The position numbers were made by a program, and so were the translations under genes. From contig OZ076415.1 of assembly GCA_964187785.1 (NCBI GenBank), positions 32,922,001-32,986,000 of the forward strand: a stretch of 64,000 nucleotides of DNA, in the 5' to 3' direction. Shown here one piece after another: positions 22,981 through 36,185 of the stretch (position 1 is the first letter of the stretch; the number at the start of each line of letters is the position of its first letter). The stretch is from Amphiscolops sp. MND2022. Taxonomy: Eukaryota. The notes beneath the pieces are model-generated. The model worked only from the letters and a program-made list of their open reading frames with translations. It was not told where the DNA came from and searched no databases.

Positions 22981-25900
22981 GTTGCAAGTTGCGGAAACTC
23001 TTGGCAATATAGTGGACAGCAACCTAAGTTTCAAGGAACATGCTAAAGAGACCGAAGGAAAGAAACTGAGAAACATTATCTTATTGAAATTCTACACAGG
23101 TTTGAAGTGGGGACTGAATCATCGCTAACATTGATCTACAACACTAAAGTTTTGCCAAAAAGGCTCTACGCATCCCCAGTCTGGGCACTGGCCCATGTCA
23201 GCAAGTTAGCCGAATGCCAAAAATTGGCTTTGTCCTCGTCACTGTCATAACAGCGAAATTTCATCCGTTCTCGGCCGAGATATGTGGGTTTCTTCCTTAT
23301 TGACGTGCAAATAGAGCTCAACACGGTCAAACGTCTCACAAAAGCAAAAAAACGTTCAGATGGTCTGGCAAGGTTGTATAAAACGTCGAAAACCCTGCCT
23401 TGGTAGCAGACAGAGCTTTTGTGAGAAACTTTCAAAGAGTGACAAACATCCAAAGAACTTACACTCAAAGCTCCTGCGATTTGTATCTTGAGTCCACCCT
23501 GAATCGAAGACTGAAATACCCAAAGCCTTCAACGGAAGATCTTATGGACAAAATTCATATCCAACCAATTGTAAAACCCCCAAACGTCAGTCGATTGGAT
23601 GAAAGAAATCTTTTCAAGCTACTGTTAAAATGCAATGTACACCTGTTTGACAATGCATACAAAATGTGGTTAGTGGAATCTCCTCTATGCTTTTGGTTTT
23701 GTATATATTGCGCTGATTGAGTCACATGAAAAAAGTAAAAATTGAAATCAAAATCAATTGAAAAAAATTACGGAACGATATCAATCGAGAGGAACTGAAT
23801 TGCCCGATTTAACGGACCAGTACTTTTTGTTCGCGCAAAGGAACCGCTGTTGTTCCAATTGTTCGAGGTTTTATTCTGTCTTAAATCATTCAGAGCATAG
23901 CCTGCAGCACTAACGAACCTCTCCAAAATATTGGATGTCGGAAATAAGAGTCGACAATTTTGGTATTTCGATTCATACCCCTTGTTCTGTCTCTTTTACA
24001 GAATTGCTTCAGCGAAATCACTCTCTCCAATTACCGGAGCTTGGTTTTTTTTGTCATCTTTATGTTTTTCAACTTTTCACATTGTAAAATGATGGTCAAG
24101 CTGAGCTCATTTTCTTTCCCATCAAGAATTTGTACATTTCCTGTTTTGAAATGCTTGTTCTTCACAAGACGGGCGGTTTTTTCCGAGATACTTATTCTCT
24201 GGATCGAGTTTCGGGAACGTTTTAGCTCTTTCGTCAGTGAGCAATCGGGCAGTGGACATATCTAGTTTTGGATCCTGATTGCTATTGCCCCCCAACCTAC
24301 TCGCAAAATTATTTGTCTGTCCCTCAAAATTTTAGCACAGAATATCCACATACGAAGAAATATTTTATCTCAAATATTAGAACGTATTGCTTGCATGTTT
24401 GCACAATTTTGTGAACAAAAAAAGTAGTCATGTCAGAAAGCATGAGTCAGCTTCGGTTCACACTTGTGTGAACAAGACAAAGCGATCATTGATTCGAAAA
24501 ATAATTTTTTACTTACGCTGCATGAACAGTTTGAGCCTCAAAAACGTTTCGTCACTTCTGAGAAAATGGCAACCTCGTAAAATAGTTAGGTCCGACATGA
24601 TTACAGAAACAATAACTACCTATCATTTTTTACACTGAAAATTTTGATTTCGCAGCGCAACACTCACGGAGTTCGAATCTTTTAGTTCTGAAAAGAAACA
24701 GTCCACTTCGGAATTATTTTGGGAGAAAGTAATAGGTCAACGACATTGGCTTCAGATTGCATCTCTTGTTGTAATATTGGTTCAACTTCACGATATCAGG
24801 ATATCGTCTCATCCACCTTGATGCATTGAAAAGAACAAATTAGTGTGTTGCCTGAGTTTAGACCTCAGCTTCACTCCTCTGAGTTCAATCATCAATTGCT
24901 AATCTTTGTTAATGACTGATAGGTTACCTATAATATAATCTTGCACAGCCAATGCGAAGCAGTGAGACACACAACTGATCAGTGTCTCCATCAGGATGTC
25001 GCAAATGGCTTGTTCGCAAAAGTTCGGTGTTATCAGCCACAACAGCAACAACATGAACAGGCGTTCTGCCAAAGACTTCGAGAACTGTTTCTTAGAAGGT
25101 CACATGATCAGTCGCATTCAGGACGGTTTCATCCATCAGAGGCGAAAAATTATTAGTACTGAATTGTGTTCAGAGTTCTCCATGAAAGGAGCAAAAACTA
25201 TCAAAACATGAACGCTTTGATGAGTCCAACCATCTAATAGGTGTGCAACTCAATCGCGCTAACTTTTCTAATGTCGTCAAGTGCTTGTTTTTCACCAATG
25301 AATTTGACAAATTGGTTGCAAGATCCAAAAACGCTTGGCATTATAGTGGACATCAACCTAAAGCTCAAAGAGCATGCTAAAGAGACCGAAGGAAAGACAC
25401 TGAAAGCATAACTTTATTGAAATACTACACAGGTTTCAAGTGGAGACTGAATCATCGCTCGTTAACATTGATCTACAAAACTACTGTTTTGACAAAAATG
25501 CTCTACGCATCCCCAGTCTGGGCACTGGCCCATGCCAGCAAGCTAGCCCAATGCCAAAAATTGGCTCTGTCCTCAGCACTGTCACAACAGCGAAATTTCA
25601 TCCGTTCTCGGCCGAGAAATGTGGGACTCTTCCTATAGTTGTGCAAATAGAGCTCAACACAATCAAACGTCTAACAAATGCAGAAAAACGTTCAGATAGT
25701 CTGGCAAGGTTGAAAAAAACGTCGAAAACCCCGCTTTGGTAGCAGACAGAACTTTCATGAGAAACTTTCAAAGAGTGACAAACATCTAAGGAACTGAAAT
25801 ACCCAAAACCTCCAACAGAAGATCTCATGGACAAAACTCATATCCAACCATTTGTAATACCCCCCAAACGTCAGTGAAAAAAATCTTTTCAAACAACTGT

Positions 25901-26037
25901 TGAGATGCAATGTACACCTGTTTGACTATGCATACAAAATGTGGCTAGTGGAATCTTCTCTATGCTTTTGGCGCTGTATATATTGCACTTATTGAGTCAC
26001 AAGATAAAGTAAAAATGGAAATCAAAATCAATTGAGA

Positions 26038-27163
26038 AACATAGGCGCAACTGCCATTGCGCGACAGCTCCGAGCAGACGACCTCTTTGAGAGAGCCCAG
26101 GAGTAATGGGTTCTACGAAAGTGCGCCCAAGCACCCCAATTGCATGGGGTACATCAAAATTCTTTTTTCGCAAAAAAAAACAGATGTTTGTCGCAAAAAA
26201 TCCATAAATTTTCCGATTTTTATTCGCCATTTTCTCAACGACCAATGATCAAAGGATAATGAAACTTTCATGAGATTAGTGAAGACATCCTCTTCTTGCG
26301 TCGGTCGTTGCTAATTATGAGCCGGTTCGATTCGTTTAAAGAGTAAAATTAAGCAAAATCTACATTTAGAAAATTTTTTCGAGAAAAAACCCCCAAAAAT
26401 TTCTGATTTTCAATCGCCATTTTTTGAACGCCCAATAATTGTAAAATAATTAAACTTTCACGACCTTAAATAAGACATTTTTTTGCGTCAGTTGGTACCT
26501 ATTTGGAGACGGTTCGAAATGGTTCAAGCGGTAAAATTACCTAAAATCGGAAAAAACCCTGAACTTTTTCGCAAAAATGATATTTTCGAAGCTAATAAAA
26601 TCGCCATGGCAAACAATTGTCGGAACCTTCTAACATGGCTAGAAAAGGCATTCAGTTGCGGTTGTTTTTCAACAAATTTAAGTTGGTTTAAGTAGTAAAA
26701 TTGAGCAAAATCTTCATCTAGAAAACTTTTTCGAAAAAAAACCCAAAAAATTCCCGATTTTTATTCGCCATTTTCTCAACGCCCAATAATTGTAAAATAA
26801 TGGAACTTTCACGACCTTAAAGAAGACATCCTTTTGCGTCAGTTGGTACCTATTTTGAGACGGTTCGACATGGTTAAAGTGGATAAATTACCCAAAATCG
26901 GAAAAAACCCTAAAAATTTTCGCAAAAACCATGTTTTGGAAGCTAATATAATCGCCCAGACGGAAAATTTTCGGAACCTTCTTACATGGCCAGAAAGGGC
27001 ATTCACTTGCGGATCTTTTTTTGTACTTTTGAATTGTCTCGGAGAAATAGGCTTGGAGAAAAATAGCCGAAACTTTTACAAATGCAGAGTGATGTCACGT
27101 TTTGGCGAAAAAAAAACTAAACGCAAACAATAAGGCCCCTCCCTTCGCTCGTCGCCTTAAAAA
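26038..27163 (-). mobile_element. Non-autonomous Helentron-type (HINE-like) insertion in the third tandem copy
   Basis: Absent from the other copies (empty site CAATTGAAAAAAATTACG near 23755). The minus 5' end is TTTTTAAGGC...GCCTTA (stem). The 3' end has the hairpin GCGCAA-N6-TTGCGC (26045-26062). Internal ~350-bp repeats (about 26400 vs 26750). Inserted in a T tract with no clear TSD. Confidence 0.65.
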
Positions 27164-30105
27164 TTACGAAACGATATCTATCAAAAGGACCTGAATTGAC
27201 GTTTTTAACGGACCAGTACGGTTTGTTCGCGCGCAGGAATCGCTGTTGTTCCAATTCCTCGAGGGTTTTATTCCGTCTCAAATCATTCGGAGCATAGCCT
27301 GCAGCACTAACGAACCTCTCCAAAATATTGGATGTCGGAAATAAGAATCGTTAATTTTGGTATTTCGATTCATACCCCTTCTTCTGCCTCTTTTGCAGAA
27401 TGGCTTCAACGAAATCACTCTTATCTATTACCGGATCTTGGTTTTTTGTCATCTTTATGTTTTTCAACTTTTCACATTTAAAATTTTGGTCAAGTTGAGC
27501 TCATTTTCTTTCCCATCAAGAATTTGTACATTTCTTGTTTCGAAATGCTTGTTCTTCACAAGACGGGCGTTTTTTCCAAGATACTTATTCTCTGGATTGA
27601 GTCTCAGAAAGATTTTAGCTCTTTCGTCAGTGAGCAATCGGGCTGTGGACATATCTAGTTTTGGATTTTGATTGCATTGCCCCCAAACCTACTGGCAAAA
27701 AATTTATTTGTCCCTCAAAATTTCAGCACAGAATATCCACCTACGAAGAAAAAAATTATTTCCTATATTAATACGTGTTGCTCGCATGTTTGCACGATGT
27801 TGTGAACAAAAAATAGTAGTCACGTCAGAAAGCATGAGTCAGCTTCGTTTCACACTTGTGTGAACAAGACAAAGTGATCATTGATTGGAAAAAGAATTTT
27901 TTACTTACGCTGCATGGACAACGTGAGCCTCAAAAACTTTTCGTCACTTCTGAAAATATGGCCACCTCGTAAAATAGTTCGGTCCGAAATGATTACCGAA
28001 ACAAAAACTACCTATCAATTTTTACACTGAAAGTACGAATTTTTTTGGGAGGGCGGTAATAAATCCATGGGGAGCATTAGCAAATAAGATCCCTAGTTTT
28101 TCTTTTTGCAGCGCAACACTCATGGTGTTCGATTCTTTGATTTCTGGAAAGAAACCGTCCACTTCAGATTTTTTTTGAGAAAGTAACGGGTCAACGACAG
28201 TGGCTTTAGATTGCATCTCTTCTTGTTACCTTTAATATAATCTTGCACAGCCAATGCGATGCAGTGAGACGCACAACTGATCAGTGTCTCCATCAGGATG
28301 TCGCAAATGGCCTGTTCGCAAAAGTTCGGTGTTATCAGCCACAACAGCAACAACATGAACAGGCGTTCTGTCAAAGACTTTGAGAACTGTTTCTTAGAAG
28401 GTCACATGATCAGTCGCATTCAAGACGGTTTCATCCATCAGAGGCGAAAAATTGTTAGAACTGAATTGTGTTCAGAGTTCTCCATGAAAGGAGCAAAAAC
28501 TGCCATAACATGAACCCTTTGATGAGTCCAACCATCTAATAGGTGTGCAACTCGATCGCGCAAACTCTTCTAATGCCGTCAAGTACTTGTTTTTCATCAA
28601 TGAATTTGACAAATTGGTTGCAAGATGCAAAAACGCTTGGCAATATAGTGAACAGCAACCTAAAGTTCAAGGAGCATGCTAAAGAGACCGAAGGAAAGAC
28701 ACTGAAAGCATAACTTTATTGAAATACTACACAAGTTTCAAGTGGAGACTGAATCATCGCTCGTTAACATTGATCTACAAAACTACTGTTTTGCCAAAAA
28801 TGCTCTACGCATCCCCAGTCTGGGCACTGGCCCATGCCAGCAAGCTAGCCCAATGCCAAAAATTGGCTTTGTCCTCAGCATTGTCACAACAGCGAATTTT
28901 CATCCGTTCTCGGCCGAGATAGCACGTTCATCTTCGAGGAAATTAAAGAACGTTTTATAGATCTCAGTTTTCTTTTTGATATGCTGACTTGAAATATACT
29001 GAAGAACAATTATTGCAATTATTGAGAACACGCAATCATTTATTGTTAAGTAAAAATAAAAGTAATTATAAAACTGTTTACCAAATTTTGCAACTAATCG
29101 GAAAATCAATTTTTATTCGGCAGCATTTGGACGTTATTCCCAAAGCATTTTCAAACGTTGTAAACTTTGTTGATAAACCTAACTAATGGTAAATTCATAT
29201 TGGAAATGACTAACTGGATGACTGGCACTGAAGCACCCAACTGGTTCCGAGCATTGGACAAACTGAGTCTGTTTTGTGCAGTCCAGGAGGACAACAGGTT
29301 CCTATGTCAAGCCCTAACGACTTCTCAAAACCAGGTACACTAGAGGAAAAACAAAGTCAATGTTGGACATTGAATTGAAAACTGGAACGTTTTCGATTCA
29401 AGATGGGTCATCTTCAGCATTAATCTATAAATTTAGCACTGTTTAACGGAAGGAATGTAAACAAAAATGAAAACAAACTAAGGAAAGAACGTAAGAACAG
29501 AATTGAGTGACGATGGAGGGGCTCATTTGGGCGACTGCAGGTTTACTACCTCCTAAACAAAGCCTCTGTTGAAAAAACAACTTCATCAAGAAAAAAAAGA
29601 AACAACGCCAACAATGAAAAGTCAGGAGTTTCCTTGATCGAAACCAAGGATGTCAAGAATTTGAATTTTGGTTTCTTGTTCTTGAAATCTGATCAATTTT
29701 TTGATTTTTTTTCTTGATCAAGAAATGACTTCATTTCTTGCTCCTGGTCTTGATACTTTTTGACAAGCTGTAATTTCTTGGATTGTTTCTTCGAATAGTG
29801 CGTTTCATCAGCAATTGAGTAAACTTCCTTGAAAATGGCGTGGATTTCTCCAACACAGTTTTCGAAAGGGAAGTCATTGAAAATGGTCTACTCCTTCGTC
29901 GACTCCTAAAAACACGTTTCATGATAAAGAATGTTTGGCATGTTAATTCTGTGTCTTACAATGTAAAAATGAATTGAAACAGAAGAGAGAACAGAAGTAA
30001 AGCAATATAATGTAGCAAGTTCTCGAAAAAATTTATTTGAGTAAATTCTTGCTTTTTGTTTTTGTTCAGAAAAATCTTTTCATTGTGATGTTTTTGTTTG
30101 GGGGA

Positions 30106-30650
30106 TTATCGAATTTGCAAAAAGCTTTTTGAAACTCTGCACGACGAAAAAAGCCTCTCCGTGTCACAACTCGTAGGTCTGAATCTGGTCAGATAGTCAA
30201 TGGCATCAAAAAGATCTTCCTTGCATCTCTCTGAGAAATCGTTTAGCGGAATCAATGCTCTCAGAATGTTGCCGACATGCTCAGATGGAGTCGGTTGTTC
30301 AATTTGTTTTTCCTCCTGACTGATAACCATTTCTCGTATTTTGGGGGCTAGAAGACCATCGCGTCGATGGTGTTTGCTTGCATACTTGGATACGCCTTTA
30401 AAGACCATTCGTTTCAATTTTGTTTGGTTCCTGCTTAACCTCTCCACATTTGTGCATTTTGTACCTGCCTGACGCTGCTCGCTCCTATACTCGACCAGAA
30501 ACATTCGAATCAACTCAAATTTGGCGTTGCCATTAGGTCTCCACTCCACATCAGAAACTTCATGTTGCGTTTCAACTACGTTACTGACTAAGGCGGTCAT
30601 GATGGCCCTGAAACACAACGTAACACTTTATAAGTATATAGAAGTAGAAT
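30106..30650 (-). pseudogene. hAT-like transposase C-terminal remnant
   Basis: FRPTSCDTERLFSSC matches the hAT dimerisation P(T)S...ER.FS motif. Flanked by TCTTG/CAAGA-rich tracts (about 29640-29800 and 30780-30930). Confidence 0.55.
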
Positions 30651-31079
30651 CGGAGAAGGTAGAACCTCTTTGTGAAACTTGCAGCAACGAGAAAATTTAG
30701 GATGCCCAAAAAAGGACACAAAATACATGTCACAAAAAAACGAATTTCACAAATTAGAAAATTTGTGGATTTCTAAGAATTTTCTTGATTTGCAAAGGCT
30801 GTTTTTCTTGAAAAATTATCGTTTGTTGTCATGATTCGTGTTCTTGAAATTCTTCAATTCTCGTTATAGTCTTGATTTTTGCAAATTTTAGATGTTCTTC
30901 AGAAGTTTTTTATTCTTGATCTTGTTTGACTTTCCAAATCGGAAGCATCTGTCTCTGACTAGGGATAATTTGGCGAATATGTTGATAAGAGAGTCAAGGG
31001 CGAAAAGAACAAATGCAAATGAATTGTCTTCCTCGAGAGTTGTTCGTGGGTTCGTTGGTTTTTACTGTTGCTGAGCTCC

Positions 31080-33150
31080 TAAAACGAGTGAAGAAATCCA
31101 GGAAGAGACACATATCACAAAACCAAGTTTCATGTGGAATCAGGATAATCTCCAGCCAAACTTCTACAAACAGCGAACAATTGATGAACTAAAAGGCTTG
31201 ATTTCCACTATCAAGGAAAAGTTCTAACCAACTAGTAACGCTCTCTCAGGAGTGCTCACCAGAGTAATAATTGAGAACAAGAAAGGTAATTTTGTAACAC
31301 CCTACGAAAAAACAAATTATGATAAAACAACATTCCAAAACACTGTTTCAGCCCTTTCGTGGTATATGATTTATCAATGCCCTACAGAACAAGCCATGTT
31401 TCATATGTTCATTACAGTTTTAGCCTTCAGTTTGGAGAAGAATTCCCATCTGAAGAAAAAGTTCCTTAAATATAATCCAAAACCAACAAATCTCTGGAGA
31501 CAGAGGTTAGACGATGAATTTAGGAAAACTTCATTGAACCGTGAAACACATTTTAAGCTCTTTCGGTTGAAGCCATTCACTGATAGTTGGACCGCCTACA
31601 AAGAAGCCAAAGACTGTCTAAGTAACTTGATCAAAACTAAACAAGGAACATTTTCGCATGATCTCGCATCAAATTTAGTGAATTTTTCAACGGAGAATAT
31701 CAACCAAATCAGGAGATCCAAGCCTACTTCCGTTGCAAAATCTTGCCTGGAAAACTCTTTCGGAAACCTGAGCGTAGATAAAGATGCAAGTTCGATTTAA
31801 AATAAATTAGTGTTTTCAAAACTGGGGAAAAAGTTTGCTCATAAAAATGTACCCCTCCAAAATGCAATCCAGTTTTCTTACAGAACTAAAACGGGTTTTT
31901 GTCAGCCCGATATTTTGAAAAGCCGTTGCGTTAGATGCTACCAATTACCGACCAATATGAAATACTAAGACACTTTCTAAATTCTTCGAGAATTTTTACT
32001 TCAACAAACAAACAACTGTTTGGACAACACACGGAAAATGAGTGAAAAACAGTTCAGGTTCAAGGAAAAAGTTTCTAGGCAAGAAGCCCTTCGGTGTTTC
32101 ACTGGAAAACAGAGGAAAAAAATTGTTGTCATAGTATTGCGCACGCTGTACTCTTCGACTTGTCTAGAGTCTTTGATTCCATATCACATTAAATTGATAT
32201 TGAAGAACCTCAGTGCTTCGAATTTTTCTGAATCTGCTCTGAAACTGATGGGAGATTTTCTTAATCAAAGAGCACAAAAAGAAAAAGTTAGTGATGAACA
32301 GTCTGGATGCACTGAAGTGTCTAAAACTTTGATTGATTGACGAAGAACATTGAAAGTGTTGGAAACTAACTTGGCATCGATCAGCTCAAGATAATTGCGG
32401 ACAAAACTCAATTCATCACTTTCTCGCGTAAAAGCGATAAAAGTTGCGCTGAATTGCCAATCGTCGCCAGCGGAAACCCAACGTGAATGAAATGAACGCT
32501 TGTAATTATGTAGGTGTAACTATCGATGAACATCTTTCTTTTGGCCTTAGAGGTAAAAAAAGTTTGCAGAAAATGGCACTGGGAACAAAATTAATTGACA
32601 CTATTAAGAACCAACTTTCAACAACAACACGCGTCATGCTTCTTCAATCTCTATTTTTGAAGCGCTTGAGCTATCCCGCACGTTTACTTCTTTCAATATG
32701 CACAGCTTCTTTTAATTCACCCGAATCGTAGCTGAACTGGGCTTTGAAATATGTTTTCTTTCCCAGTCAGCAGACTTGCTCCGATGATATTCGAAAGTCT
32801 AAACGTGTGAACAGCATCAACAAATTGGTTGATTTCAGATGCCAAACATATGTTTTTCAAGTTTATAAGCTCGAAAGACCTGCATACCAATATGCTAATT
32901 TACCAACACCAGAGTTTCATTTTAACGATAAAACATCAAAAATAATACGTCATGGAAGCAGCTCATAGGTCTACATCTCTAGCTCTTTTTTATTATGGTC
33001 CCTAGCAAGTGGAATTCACTCCCAGTTTTTCTCAGGAAAATCCAAACTTTTTCACTACTTTTCAAATCACGATTAAAGAAGCATTTAACTTCTGAACCTC
33101 GTAAAGAACTTCCATGTTACTCTCCGAATACATGGCGCGATTGTCGTATA
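31080..33150 (+). mobile_element. Degenerate CR1/L2-like LINE ORF2
   Basis: ORF 31252-31800 resembles the EN-RT linker. YVGVTIDEHLSF...KMALGTKLIDTIKNQL...RVMLLQSL (32483-32731) is a CR1/L2 RT C-terminal signature. Fragmented. Confidence 0.7.
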
Positions 33151-34530
33151 AACTGAATATTTGATAGACCAGTGTGTTCCGCTTTTTATTATTAGTCCTA
33201 TTACTGCGCGGTTATCTTGAATTTAGTTCCTTCATCTTCAAAAAAATCAATTTTGTACATTTTCAAAACTATCCTGGGTTTTTATTGTAACTATTTCTGA
33301 TAGTATTGAGAATAGTGTTTCCTCTCTCTCTGTCACGTTTCTCCTCAGACTTTTTTCGTGGTACCAACCTGCGTAATGAAATTCAAATGTGACAACTGTT
33401 AAAAAGAACACCGAACCAGACTGTGATCAGGCACACTATCTTGAATGAGCCAACGGCAGAAAACCACACAATCAACATCAGGGGAATTTTCGTACTTGCT
33501 CACCTTTCAAAAGTTATGGGAGCTGTAATGAGCATAAACCCTTAATAACTTCAGCAAAAACTTTTGACGCAGCAATGGAATCAGAACAACGCAGCGAACT
33601 TTTTCCGGCTGAATACCACCGGACTTAACAAACACATAGTTCCTGTGTTGCTCAAATTTTTGGAAGCCACGCAAATGGAAAAGGAAAAAGCAGCCCTCGC
33701 CGATAACGACAGAACAATATCCGACAGCGAATTCGCAACTTACGAGCGATTCCATGCTGCAATTCAATCAAGGTTAAGTGACCTTCCCAATTAAAATACT
33801 TTAATTGTTGTTTTGTAGAAGAGCAGCTGAAGACAAACAGAAATGCAGTCTGGTGCAGTCGCTTCTCGTAACTTCAATTTTGGTCGCGTTTATACATCCA
33901 CCCAAGAACGTAACGGAGAAAATAAACTTGAGGGTCTCCTGGTATCGCTTGACCTCACAGAAAAACGCAAAATGGTGAAGGACAAAAAATCAAAAACAGT
34001 GGAGAATTCTGGTTCTTGAATGCGAAACGAAACTTCAATGCTGAAGCTCAAGCCCCTCGTCACCGAGAGTAGTTTAATAGAAATGGCACAAATATCCCCC
34101 GGAACTGAACCGCAGCTGCCCAGGTTTTCGATCTTTGCGAATCTTTGCTGCATGGTCCGAAATTTTGTAGACGACGATGTTGAATTTTTACCAGTATCTC
34201 CCAAGAAAGGCCATGTACCTGTGGCATGCGACGTAGACCTTTGACTTGTCAAACCTTTGACATTACAAAACGAAATACACGTGGGATGCACGGGAATGTG
34301 AACTTGAAGGGAAAGCAGAGGAAGTGCTGGCCTCAAGTTTCGTGAAAAGCGCAGTTGTAGCATGGGAAACAGTCTGTAGAATCCTGACCATGGTTCAAAA
34401 AACCCAAGACGGACAAACACTGCTGCATTCACTCAAAACTTTGTTCGTATCATATTACCTTTAGGACAAAAGAAGTTTCATCCAACTGTAAATTTTATTG
34501 AAAAGTATAATCCTTGGTCTCTCGTTTGGG

Positions 34531-35038
34531 CGCGAATCTACAAGTCACTTGGTCTAATACCATTTGATTTAATTTCATTTTGCATAATATTTTAAAGCCC
34601 AATGACTTAAAGTGTAGTATTGCATAGCATAGTGGTGACTATTCATTAAGCCAAATTTACAAAGTAGGTAACGAACAGCAAAAATAGAAAATACGTTCTC
34701 TATATATGGAACTTATCAAATGTTTGAAGAGGTTAGCAAATTTGTTGTATGTCTTGGTCGCTTCGCTCCCTTCGCCAAGGAGGATCATTGAAGCATAGCC
34801 ATATAGCACGTCGCTCCACTTCGCTTCGCTTCGCTTCGCTCCTGCATTTAGGAGGTATGTGAACATAGCAGACAACGTTATAATGATAATTTCGACGAAA
34901 AAATTCAACTTAGTGATTTTCAGCGAAAAGGTATTAAGCCAAGACATTTGGCCTAAAAGAGGCCAAGTTACCAAATGCATTAAGCCAAATGACTTTGAGC
35001 CAAATGGTATTCAACCAAGTGACCATTTACCGAACGCG
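34531..35038. mobile_element. MITE-like element sharing the (GAAGC)n core (34740-34880), with CCAAAT/ATTTGG arm repeats
   Basis: The core is colinear with 21338-21475. The ends carry inverted GTCACTTGGT/ACCAAGTGAC. TSD not resolved. Confidence 0.65.
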
Positions 35039-35609
35039 ATTTGAGTTTCAGAACGCACGCTGCCATAATAACGGATTCAAATGTTAAGTTCTGGAAACAA
35101 ACAATTGTACTCATAACACTGATTCGGAATCCATTTCACGCTGCGCGTTTCTTCCTTCCATGCTTATGTGAAACCAAGGGTTATGTGCTGCATGGCTATT
35201 TGGTTTCATCGCAATGCCACTTTAGACAAGATGTGGAGGAGTATCCATAGGTGTAACTTCCTGATGAAAACTACGACGTGTGTAATCACGTAGCCAAGAT
35301 TTTGAGTAATATTTGGCCCCTCTACTGCCTCTCTACTGTATATTAAAAAGAACTGATGTTTTTGTTTTCAATTATCAAAGATGCAAACCTTGTTAATACG
35401 GAAAGTTTAGCAATTCTACCCAATCACATTGGCATATTGAGATCTGCATGAACTTGCAATTACAAAACGAAATACATATGAAATTAAAGTATGATATCAA
35501 CATCTAGTGAACATGCTAAACAATCCTCTGTCTATACATTGCAAAAAATGTGGATGAATATTGTATGCATTTATGTCGAGAAGAAGTAAACCAAGGCCTT
35601 ATGTACACA

Positions 35610-36185
35610 AGGAATGCGGGGATAGTTGTGTCAAAGCCGAGAAAAACTGAAAGGGGGACCCGTTAGTCTCTCCCGGTATTGTATGTTAGGAAGAAAAAGA
35701 GTGAAAACGTTTTTGGTTCAGTCGACCCGAATTGGCACGCTAAAAGGGAAGACCTTTTCGGATTTTTCAACATTTCTGTCGCAAAACACAACAAAGTTAA
35801 AGGGGGACCCGTTGAAGTCATTAAAAATTTTTCGAAAAAGTCTCAGAATGCCGAAAAAACAAAGGGGGGCCCTTTGGGATTTTTCAACATCCATTCTATC
35901 GCAAAACGTCAAAAAAATTGGAAGGGGCCCTTTTGTGAAAAAAATCGAAAAAAGTTCCACAATGTCGAAAAAAACTGGAAGTGGGGACCCTTTAGTCTCG
36001 CCCGGTATTGTATGTTACGCGGAAAACAGGAAAAATCGTTTTGGTTTAGTTCTCTTGGCCAAATGATTCAAATTGAACAATAAAATTTCGTAGAACTTTT
36101 AAGAACTATTTTTATCAGTTCGTGTGGATTGAAAAAAAAGTCACTATATTAGTCGCGTTTCACTTCATGAAGTGCCGACTAAAAA
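35610..36185 (-). mobile_element. Helentron-type non-autonomous element with GGGACC-type internal repeats
   Basis: Minus 5' end TTTTTAGTCGGCACTTCATGAAGTGAAACGCGACTA (TAGTCG/CGACTA stem). The same terminus and internal repeats occur at 52665-53419. Confidence 0.65.

Larger units (their letters stand above)
19412..28920. repeat. Tandem amplification (about 3.2 copies) of a ~2.3-kb unit made of a LINE RT fragment (+) and a hAT transposase remnant (-)
   Basis: The anchor GGCA(A/T)TATAGTG.ACA.CAACCTAA recurs near 19695, 23004, 25336 and 28640. The period is about 2.33 kb after removing copy-specific insertions. The copies are clearly diverged. Confidence 0.92.

Noticed and set aside
22607-28513. 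Recurrent 71-aa plus-strand ORFs (MSQMACSQKF...) as a conserved small-gene family
   Set aside because: They are antisense to the hAT remnant and recur only because the 2.3-kb unit is tandemly duplicated.
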